From the NCBI GenBank assembly GCA_902793635.1, contig CADBEA010000007.1, forward strand, positions 3,018-67,017: a stretch of DNA of 64,000 bases, read 5' to 3'. The position numbers and the translations under genes were made by a program. Position 1 is the first letter of the stretch, and each line of letters begins with the position of its first letter. This document shows, in pieces, positions 56,855-64,000 of this stretch. Origin of the DNA: an uncultured Erysipelotrichaceae bacterium. GTDB lineage: Bacteria > Bacillota_I > Bacilli_A > Erysipelotrichales > Erysipelotrichaceae. The notes beneath the pieces are model-generated. The model had not been told where the DNA came from. It searched no databases and worked only from the letters and a program-made list of their open reading frames with translations.

Positions 56855-57988
56855 ATGAAAATACTGGTAGGTTTATCAGGCGGCGTTGACAGTGCCGTCG
56901 CCGCATATCTTTTAAAACAGCAGGGGTATGACGTGACCTGCGCTTTCATGCGCAACTGGGATTCGCTGGCCAATGACGATTTCAACGGCAATCCGACCGT
57001 CAATGATCCGGTCTGCCCGCAGGAAGCTGATTATAATGACGCTCTTGCGACAGCTGAAAAGCTAGGTCTGCCGCTGCTGCGGATCGACTTCATCAAAGAA
57101 TACTGGGATGACGTCTTTAAAACCTTCCTTTCCGAATACCGGCGCGGCCGCACGCCCAATCCGGATATTCTGTGCAATAAATATATCAAATTCGACAGTT
57201 TCATGAAGTTTGCCCACGAGCAGGGCTTTGACACGGTCGCCACCGGTCACTATGCCAAAAACGGCCGGGAAAACGGCCGGGCAGTACTGCTGAAGGCGGA
57301 TGATCGGAACAAGGACCAGTCCTATTTTCTGGCTGAGATCAGCCGTGACGTTCTTGACCATGTCGTGTTTCCGCTTGGCAGCATCGATAAAACGGAAGTC
57401 AGGAAGATCGCGGAAGAACTGGATCTTTCCATTGCCCATAAAAAAGATTCGACCGGTATCTGCTTTATTGGCGAGCGGCATTTCCGCGCGTTTTTGAGCA
57501 ATTATCTGCCGATGAAACCCGGCCGTATCCTGAATATCGCGGACGGCAGAGAGGTCGGCCGCCATCAGGGTGTCATGTATTACACGATCGGCCAGCGCAA
57601 AGGCCTCGATATCGGCGGTATCGGTCCGTTCTTTGTCATCGGCAAGAATGTCGAGAAGAATGAACTGTATGTCACGGACGCCGCTCATGAAGAGTATCTT
57701 TACAGTGACAGCTGCCTCATTACCGGCGTCAACTGGCTGGCAGACAGAGAACTGCCGCTTTCCTGCGCGGCGAAATTCCGTTACCGCCAGCAGGATAATC
57801 CGGTCCGTATCGCAATGAATGACGACGGCACTCTGACGGCATCCTATCCGCAGACGATCCGCTCTGTGACACCGGGCCAGGAAGCCGTGATCTATGACGG
57901 TGACACCGTGATCTGCGGCGGCCAGATCGACAAAGTTTTCCGAAACGGCGAAGATCTTCAGGAAATGATCCTGAATCGGTTTATATGA
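56855..57988 (+). CDS. mnmA: tRNA 2-thiouridine(34) synthase MnmA
   Basis: LSGGVDSAVAA, GRTPNPDILCN, ATGHYA, KDQSYFL, KKDSTGICFIG, TPGQ. Confidence 0.98.
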   Translation: MKILVGLSGGVDSAVAAYLLKQQGYDVTCAFMRNWDSLANDDFNGNPTVNDPVCPQEADYNDALATAEKLGLPLLRIDFIKEYWDDVFKTFLSEYRRGRTPNPDILCNKYIKFDSFMKFAHEQGFDTVATGHYAKNGRENGRAVLLKADDRNKDQSYFLAEISRDVLDHVVFPLGSIDKTEVRKIAEELDLSIAHKKDSTGICFIGERHFRAFLSNYLPMKPGRILNIADGREVGRHQGVMYYTIGQRKGLDIGGIGPFFVIGKNVEKNELYVTDAAHEEYLYSDSCLITGVNWLADRELPLSCAAKFRYRQQDNPVRIAMNDDGTLTASYPQTIRSVTPGQEAVIYDGDTVICGGQIDKVFRNGEDLQEMILNRFI

Positions 57989-60204
57989 ATAGTATGGACG
58001 ACAATCAGATCAGCTTAAATGGCAAATTCACTTATATTCTTTTCAGAAATGAAGAGAATTTTTATACTGTCGCCAAGTTCCGCATCAATGACGAAAGAGA
58101 AAAGGTGATCACCGTGACTGGGAGTCTGGCGGAAGTGAATATGGATCAGCTTTACAACATTCACGGATCCTATACCGAACATCCCCGCTACGGCATGCAG
58201 TTCCGTATCGATTCCTATGATAAGCCGCTTCCGAATGAACGTCAGGGAATCATCCGTTATCTTTCCGGTATTCAGTTCACCGGCATCGGCAAAAAGACCG
58301 CTGAGAAGATCGTCGCTTCGCTTGGCGAGGAATGCCTGGCCATGATCCGGGCTGATGACGCGGTGCTGTATACCGTACCGGGTCTTTCTGAAAAACAGAT
58401 CCAGGCAATCAGGGAAGGCATTCATCAGAGTGACGACGGCATGGAGGAACTTGTGCGTTTTCTCAATGTCCATGGCATCGGCATGCGCAATCTGGTCAGA
58501 CTGAACAAGGCATATGGAAAGGAAGCACTGAACAAACTGAAGGAGAACCCTTACCGGGTCATTCAGGAGTGTGACGGCTTTGGTTTTGCGACTGCTGACA
58601 AAATCGGCATGAGCCTTGGCATCAGTGCCGATGACGAAAGAAGACTTCTGGCCATGCTGGTGTCAGCCTGTTCCGATGCCTGTATGGCCAGCGGCAATTC
58701 CTATATCCGGCTGGAAGCACTGGAAGGATACTTCAGCCGGGTCAGTGAACATGTTGAATGTGATTTTGAAGAACTGCTGAACGAAGCTGTTTTCCAGGGA
58801 CAGCTGATTCAGGAAGAAAACCGCATCTATCCGACTGTCCAGTATGACAGTGAACGGGAGGTTGCTTCTTTTCTGACGGCTTTTCCGTATGAGGAAATGG
58901 AACCGGCAGATGAAGACAGTCTGCAGGACAGCTTAGAGCAGCTGCAGGAAGATACCGGCATCGTTTATGACGAAAAACAGATCGAAGCGATCCGGACGTT
59001 CTTCGCAAATGATTTCACGATCATCACCGGCGGTCCCGGCACCGGCAAAACAACGATTATCAGAGCGATGGTGCATCTGCTCAGGAAAATGTATCCGGAA
59101 GGGGAAGTCGTTCTCTGCGCGCCGACCGGCCGGGCGGCCAAACGCCTTGCCCAGCTGAGCGAGACGGCTGCTTCCACGATTCATTCACTGCTGCAGTGGG
59201 ATCTGGAAAGCAACACGTTCGGTAAGGACGACAAGGAACCGCTGAGTGGTGATTTCCTGATCATCGACGAGTTTTCCATGGTCGATGCTTTCCTGTTCAG
59301 CCATCTGCTCAAGGCATCGCATAACGTGCGCAAGATCTGCATCATCGGAGATGAAGACCAGCTGCCAAGCGTCGGTCCGGGCTGTGTGCTGCGTGATCTG
59401 ATCGCATCGGAATGTTTCCCGCTGATCCGTCTGAACCGTATTTACCGCCAGCAGAACGGCAGCGGTGTCATAGCACTGGCTCATGACATCAACAGCGGTA
59501 CATTGCAGGAATCCTATCCGCAGGACGTCGGTTTCTATGAATGCCGCCGTCAGGACATCCGCAGCGGCATCGTCAGCATCGTGCAGAACGCCGTGGACAA
59601 AGGATATTCCCTGGACGATGTACAGGTCCTTTCACCGATGTACAACGGTGTCGCCGGCATCGACGTGCTGAACAACATCCTGCAGGAAGTCTTCAATCCG
59701 CCGGAAGAAAACAAACGGCAGATCCGTGTCGGCTATACGACCTTCCGGGAAGGTGACAAGATCCTGCAGCTGAAGAACCAGCCGGATGACGATGTTTACA
59801 ACGGTGATATCGGGGTTCTTGAAGAAATCATCGAAGCCCGTGAGTCAATTGATCACAAGACAGTCATCGTCGTGAACTTTCAGGGTGTCTTTGTCGAATA
59901 CAACCAGGATAACTGGAACAATATCACGCTGGCATACTGTATCAGTGTTCATAAATCCCAGGGTGCCGAATATCCGATCGTCATCATGCCGTTTACCTAT
60001 CAGATGTCAGTCATGCTGCAGCGGAAGCTGATCTATACCGGTGTGACGAGAGCACGCCGCTCCATCATTCTGCTGGGTGAACTTGGCGCTTTCCGCAAGG
60101 GTATCGCCATTCTCGAAAGACACCCGAGGGAAACCACTCTGAAGAAGAGAATCCTGGAATACCGCACGATGAAGGATCCCTTTGATCTGGAGGAAGAGGA
60201 ATGA
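57985..60204 (+). CDS. recD2: ATP-dependent RecD2 (RecD-like) helicase
   Basis: HPRYGMQF, ITGGPGTGKTT, APTGRAAKRL, IIDEFSM, GDEDQLPSVGPG, AYCISVHKSQGAEY. Confidence 0.95.
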   Translation: MNSMDDNQISLNGKFTYILFRNEENFYTVAKFRINDEREKVITVTGSLAEVNMDQLYNIHGSYTEHPRYGMQFRIDSYDKPLPNERQGIIRYLSGIQFTGIGKKTAEKIVASLGEECLAMIRADDAVLYTVPGLSEKQIQAIREGIHQSDDGMEELVRFLNVHGIGMRNLVRLNKAYGKEALNKLKENPYRVIQECDGFGFATADKIGMSLGISADDERRLLAMLVSACSDACMASGNSYIRLEALEGYFSRVSEHVECDFEELLNEAVFQGQLIQEENRIYPTVQYDSEREVASFLTAFPYEEMEPADEDSLQDSLEQLQEDTGIVYDEKQIEAIRTFFANDFTIITGGPGTGKTTIIRAMVHLLRKMYPEGEVVLCAPTGRAAKRLAQLSETAASTIHSLLQWDLESNTFGKDDKEPLSGDFLIIDEFSMVDAFLFSHLLKASHNVRKICIIGDEDQLPSVGPGCVLRDLIASECFPLIRLNRIYRQQNGSGVIALAHDINSGTLQESYPQDVGFYECRRQDIRSGIVSIVQNAVDKGYSLDDVQVLSPMYNGVAGIDVLNNILQEVFNPPEENKRQIRVGYTTFREGDKILQLKNQPDDDVYNGDIGVLEEIIEARESIDHKTVIVVNFQGVFVEYNQDNWNNITLAYCISVHKSQGAEYPIVIMPFTYQMSVMLQRKLIYTGVTRARRSIILLGELGAFRKGIAILERHPRETTLKKRILEYRTMKDPFDLEEEE

Positions 60205-60845
60205 ACAACAAAGAGTTTAAAGACCTGATCATGCAGATGAACGCGTTCCGTTGCATGGATGAACAGGAAAAGAAAGCGGACATACGCTATGCCATTCTGC
60301 TTGGTGTTCTGTTTCTGCTGCTGCCGATCCTCGGCGGAGTTCTCGCCGCAGTATTACAGAACAAACTAATCGGTGTGCTGATTGCGGTAAGCTCGATAGC
60401 AGCCGGTGTCTTTGTCGGTCTGCGAAAACGTCAGTCGATCTTTTCCGATTTCTGGTGTGTCAGTGAAGCCGAAATGAGCGTGCAGCTGATCAAAGAGCTT
60501 ACACCGGAAGTGCTGGACATGCTGTATCAGGAGAAGGCTTTGTGCGCGGTAATGCCGCACAGCCGGGATTATCAGTATTTCCTCTATTGCTGGCTGATCA
60601 GCCGTGGCTTCTGGCAGAAAGATGAAAAGCATACGATCTACCTCGTCAATGGCAGGGAAGTGAATGATCATTTCCGGCTCAATATGGACGAAAAGGCGGA
60701 AGTGCTGTGCTTCCTGCTGGATCTCAGCAAGCTTGACGAAGTAAAGGAAGACCGTCTGAAGCGAGAGATGAGCATATTGAAGATCGGTTTCTTCCAGGAC
60801 ATGATCGAATATTTCAATCAAGAAAAAAAACAAGGTTCGAGATGA
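60201..60845 (+). CDS. Hypothetical membrane protein (two TM)
   Basis: ATGA coupling to recD2; two hydrophobic helices near N-terminus. Confidence 0.75.
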   Translation: MNNKEFKDLIMQMNAFRCMDEQEKKADIRYAILLGVLFLLLPILGGVLAAVLQNKLIGVLIAVSSIAAGVFVGLRKRQSIFSDFWCVSEAEMSVQLIKELTPEVLDMLYQEKALCAVMPHSRDYQYFLYCWLISRGFWQKDEKHTIYLVNGREVNDHFRLNMDEKAEVLCFLLDLSKLDEVKEDRLKREMSILKIGFFQDMIEYFNQEKKQGSR

Positions 60846-60854
60846 ACCTTGTCT

Positions 60855-61661
60855 TTATTTGGAGAGCAGTGACTGATCGTCAGCGAATTCTTCACCGCTT
60901 GCGGCTTCGAATTTATGCATGAGGTCGTCGACGGTCAGTTTTTGTTTTTCTTCACCGCTGACATCCAGCAGGATGCGGCCTTCATACATCATGATCAGCC
61001 GGTTGCCGGTTGCGATGGCATCACGCATGTTGTGAGTTACCATCAGGGCTGTCAGGTGATCGCGTTCGACGATTTCCCTGGTCAGGCCGAGAACTTTCTT
61101 GGCTGTCTGCGGATCCAGGGCAGCCGTGTGTTCGTCCAGCAGCAGAAGCTTCGGTTTCTGGATGGAAGCCATCAGCAGTGTAAGCGCCTGTCTCTGACCG
61201 CCGGAGAGGAGTCCGACTTTCTGGGTGAGACGGTCTTCAAGACCAAGATTCAGAGTTTTCAGCTGTTCATGGTATTTTTCCCGTTCGGCTTTGGAAATAT
61301 GCCATTTCAGTGTGCGCTTTTTGCCGCGTCTTGCTGCCAGGGCGAGATTCTCGTCGATCTGCATGGTCGGGGCAGTGCCCATCATCGGATCCTGGAAGAC
61401 ACGTCCGATCAGATGTGCCCGCTGGAAATCCGCCATACCGGTAACGTTTTCATCACCGATGATGATCGAACCTGTATCGACCGGCCATACACCGGCAATC
61501 GCGTTGAGAAGGGTGGATTTACCGGCGCCGTTGCCGCCGATGACAGTAATGAAGTCGCCTTCCTCCATGTGGAGGGTAATATCCCGCAGGGCAATCTTTT
61601 CATTGATCGTGCCGGGATTGAAGGTTTTGGAAATATGATCCACTTTCAGCATTTCGGACAT
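60855..61661 (-). CDS. ABC transporter ATP-binding subunit
   Basis: GGNGAGKST, LSGGQRQAL, LLLDEHTAALDP, MVTHN. Confidence 0.95.
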   Translation of the reverse strand: MSEMLKVDHISKTFNPGTINEKIALRDITLHMEEGDFITVIGGNGAGKSTLLNAIAGVWPVDTGSIIIGDENVTGMADFQRAHLIGRVFQDPMMGTAPTMQIDENLALAARRGKKRTLKWHISKAEREKYHEQLKTLNLGLEDRLTQKVGLLSGGQRQALTLLMASIQKPKLLLLDEHTAALDPQTAKKVLGLTREIVERDHLTALMVTHNMRDAIATGNRLIMMYEGRILLDVSGEEKQKLTVDDLMHKFEAASGEEFADDQSLLSK

Positions 61662-61662
61662 A

Positions 61663-62634
61663 TTACTTCACCTCCTGCGGTTTTACGGAATTCTTTCCGG
61701 CTTTGCGGAACGACGTCTTGGCGTGCTGCTGAAGATTCGGCACAGCCAGGAAGACAGCGACGATGATCGCTGTGAACAGTCTCAGCAGGTTGCTGTTGAG
61801 CTTCAGCCAGAGAACAATAACAACGACGAGATAATAGATAATGCCGCCGGCGACGACAAAGCTGAGTTTGCCGGCAAAGTTCAGATGCTTGCCAAGCAGG
61901 GCGTCACCGATGACTTCACCGATGATGACTGCGGCCAGACCGATAACGATGGCACCGCGGCCCATATTGATATCAGCGAAACCCTGATACTGCGCCATCA
62001 GACCGCCGGAGAATGCGACGATCGCATTGGAAACCGCCAGACCAAGGACTTTCATTACGTCGATGTTGATACCCTGTGCTTTGGACATTTCTGGATTGCA
62101 GCCGGTGGCACGCATCGAGGAACCGATTTCCGTTCCGAAGAACCAGTACATTAGAGCGATCAGGACTGCCGCGATCAAGAGACCTGTGATCAGCGCCATC
62201 GGAATATTACGGGAAGTGATCGCCATCTGATATTTGTCGACACTGATCGCCTTGTTGGCAGTAAAGCCCATGATGGCCAGGTTGACCGAATACAGTGCGA
62301 ACTGGGTCAGAATACCGGACAGGATGGAAGGGATACCGAGTTTGGTATGCAGCAGGCCAGTGACTGTACCGGCGATCATACCGGCCAGGAAGGCAACCAG
62401 CATTGCCGCCCAGGGATTCCATCCGGCCAGCAGCAGCATGACTGTGACGGCGCCGCCGGTCGTGAATGTTCCGTCGACTGACAGGTCGGCTACGTCAAGA
62501 AGCCGGAATGTAATATACAGACCCAGAGCCATGATACCCCAGATGATGCCCTGAGCGATGCCAGATGGCATACTGCCCAGCAGGGTGCCGAAGTTCAGGT
62601 CCAGGTTAAATGCCAATGAAATGAGTGGATTCAT
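61663..62634 (-). CDS. ABC transporter permease (BPD_transp_2 type)
   Basis: DVADLSVDGTF, MRATGCN, QYQGFADINMGRGAIVIGLAAVIIGE. Confidence 0.93.
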   Translation of the reverse strand: MNPLISLAFNLDLNFGTLLGSMPSGIAQGIIWGIMALGLYITFRLLDVADLSVDGTFTTGGAVTVMLLLAGWNPWAAMLVAFLAGMIAGTVTGLLHTKLGIPSILSGILTQFALYSVNLAIMGFTANKAISVDKYQMAITSRNIPMALITGLLIAAVLIALMYWFFGTEIGSSMRATGCNPEMSKAQGINIDVMKVLGLAVSNAIVAFSGGLMAQYQGFADINMGRGAIVIGLAAVIIGEVIGDALLGKHLNFAGKLSFVVAGGIIYYLVVVIVLWLKLNSNLLRLFTAIIVAVFLAVPNLQQHAKTSFRKAGKNSVKPQEVK

Positions 62635-62752
62635 ATAGTCTCCTCCAGGATGTTGTCTTGAAGCTTTGATATGTTCGAGATTATATCACAGCTGCCTTCT
62701 ACTTAGAAGTGAAAAAGGTGCTTTTGAAAGCACCTTTGAATTAACGCTGTTG

Positions 62753-63733
62753 TTATTCGATCGGTTCGTATCCGTCCGGAATATTGATGCCGAGAGCCTT
62801 GCAGCGTTCAACATCATATTTCTTGACCGGGTTCTGGAAGTATTCGATCGGCATATCTGAAATGCTTTCGCCTTTCAGAATACGGACAGCCATCTCACCG
62901 GTGGTTCTGCCGAGATCATAGTAGTTGATGGAAAGGGTGGCAATACCGCAACCTTTTGTGATGCCTTCTTCACCGCAGATGATCGGAATGCCGGCCGGCT
63001 GGGCCACATTGTTGATTGCTTCGGTGCAGGAAGCGGCTGTGTTGTCAGTCGGAATATACAGCGCGTCATTTTCGCTGACCGCCTGCTGGGTTACAGCAGC
63101 GACGTCGTTTGTATCAGTGAAACGGTATACGGTAACTGTTTTGCCTGCTTTTTCCAGTTCAGCCTTGACGACTTCTGCCTGGTAAACAGAGTTCGCTTCG
63201 GCGTTGCAGTAGAGAATGCCGATCTTCTTGGCATCCGGAAGCAGTTCACCGAACATGGCTGCCTGCTGATCAAGCGGTGCCAGATCGGATGTGCCGGAGA
63301 TGTTGCCGCCGACGGTGCCGTTGAAATCGCTGAGATCAAGAGCTACACCGTATTCGGTGATCGACGTGCCGAGGATCGGGATTTCGTTTGTCGCGGAAGC
63401 AGCGGCCTGCAGGGCAGGTGTAGCGTTTGCCATGATCAGGTCAACTTTTTCGTTGACGAAGGTGCTGGCGATGGTGACACATGTCGTGGAGTCACCGGCA
63501 GCTTCCTGATAATGGATCTCGATACCGTCGCCGAATTCAGCTTCCAGTACTTCGCGGAAACCGCGGGTCGCTTCATCCAGAGCCGGATGAGCTACCAGCT
63601 GGACAATACCGACGGAAATCTTATCGGATTCTGGCTCGCCGGAAGGTTCTGTGCCAGCAGATCCACCGGTTGAGCATCCTGCCAGAGTGAGACACAGTAT
63701 GGAGGCCAACAGGGAAGATTTGGTCTTTTTCAT
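62753..63733 (-). CDS. ABC transporter substrate-binding lipoprotein (aromatic amino-acid-binding type)
   Basis: LAG|C lipobox, IVQLVAHPALDEATRGF, ANATPALQAA, GNISGTSD, YIPTDNT. Confidence 0.92.
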   Translation of the reverse strand: MKKTKSSLLASILCLTLAGCSTGGSAGTEPSGEPESDKISVGIVQLVAHPALDEATRGFREVLEAEFGDGIEIHYQEAAGDSTTCVTIASTFVNEKVDLIMANATPALQAAASATNEIPILGTSITEYGVALDLSDFNGTVGGNISGTSDLAPLDQQAAMFGELLPDAKKIGILYCNAEANSVYQAEVVKAELEKAGKTVTVYRFTDTNDVAAVTQQAVSENDALYIPTDNTAASCTEAINNVAQPAGIPIICGEEGITKGCGIATLSINYYDLGRTTGEMAVRILKGESISDMPIEYFQNPVKKYDVERCKALGINIPDGYEPIE

Positions 63734-63764
63734 TTTTCTTTCCTCCTGAAAATAGAACAAATAG

Positions 63765-63793
63765 ATTATATTTCATTCAATTTTCACAGTCAA
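63765..63793 (-). promoter_or_regulatory. sigmaA promoter of the ABC transporter operon
   Basis: Minus strand TTGACT-17 nt-TATAAT. Confidence 0.8.
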
Positions 63794-63879
63794 TGCGTCC
63801 CTTTTCATTATAGAATGAAAATGTTTTCATAAATTCGTTTTGTTCTTATCTATGCCATGTGTTATTATAGATAAGAAAT

Positions 63880-64000
63880 TTATGACGGAGAGTAAGTAGG
63901 TCATTGGGAAACGTCAGAGAGAAGGCGGATGGTGCGAGCCTTTGTGGAAGAATGACTGAAGCTGTCTCCAGCAGAGCGCTTAATCAGCGACGCGAACCGG
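63880..64000 (+). promoter_or_regulatory. T-box riboswitch, 5' part (probable Ala specifier GCT); regulated gene lies beyond the window
   Basis: GGGAGTAAGTAG, CAGAGAG, GGTGCGAG, GAA-GCT at 63961-63963 before CTCC; promoter TTGTTC-17-TATTAT at 63840-63868. Confidence 0.75.

Noticed and set aside
7221-62154. Many long antisense or alternate-frame ORFs in the track (e.g. 7221-8324, 17444-19000, 21422-22255, 25104-26348, 40753-41748, 48844-50055, 60915-61766)
   Set aside because: They lie opposite well-supported genes with strong codon bias, which suppresses antisense stops; no RBS or family motifs
11779-63793. Identical 12-mer TTGACTGTGAAA at the rplU promoter (+) and ABC promoter (-)
   Set aside because: Half of it is the -35 element; two occurrences are compatible with chance
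1-64000. CRISPR array, IS/transposase, integrase or prophage genes
   Set aside because: No regularly spaced repeats and no recombinase, transposase or phage structural motifs seen in any ORF

Overview
Chromosomal core-genome segment of a Firmicute, most likely Erysipelotrichaceae (inferred from gene content, synteny and protein style; no rRNA here to confirm). It is mostly housekeeping: rpsD, rplU-prp-rpmA, obgE, ruvAB, valS, rimP-nusA-ylxR-infB-rbfA, truB-ribF-rsmF, infC-rpmI-rplT, gltX, trpS, mnmA, thiI, ppdK, mgtE, recD2 and an amino-acid-type ABC transporter. There are two tRNAs (Glu-CTC, Gln-CTG), three T-box leaders and ribosomal-protein leaders. I found no CRISPR array, IS, integrase or prophage. 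The main accessory feature is a compact type VII secretion (T7SS)-like cluster at 29293-36011, lying between rbfA and truB. It encodes two ~100-aa WXG100 proteins, an SLH/Ig-like lipoprotein, an EssC/FtsK ATPase with one intact ATPase domain and a small YukD/EsaB-like protein, with no recognisable essA, essB, esaA, toxin or immunity gene. Other notable items: a rod-shaped 6S-like RNA candidate behind ppdK, a Lys/Ala histone-like tail on PPDK, two interrupted small genes with double-glycine-leader-like motifs, a ttcA/radical-SAM coupled pair, and several pseudo-enzymes or Cys-tailed variants. All family calls come from motif recognition by eye; no database searches were run.
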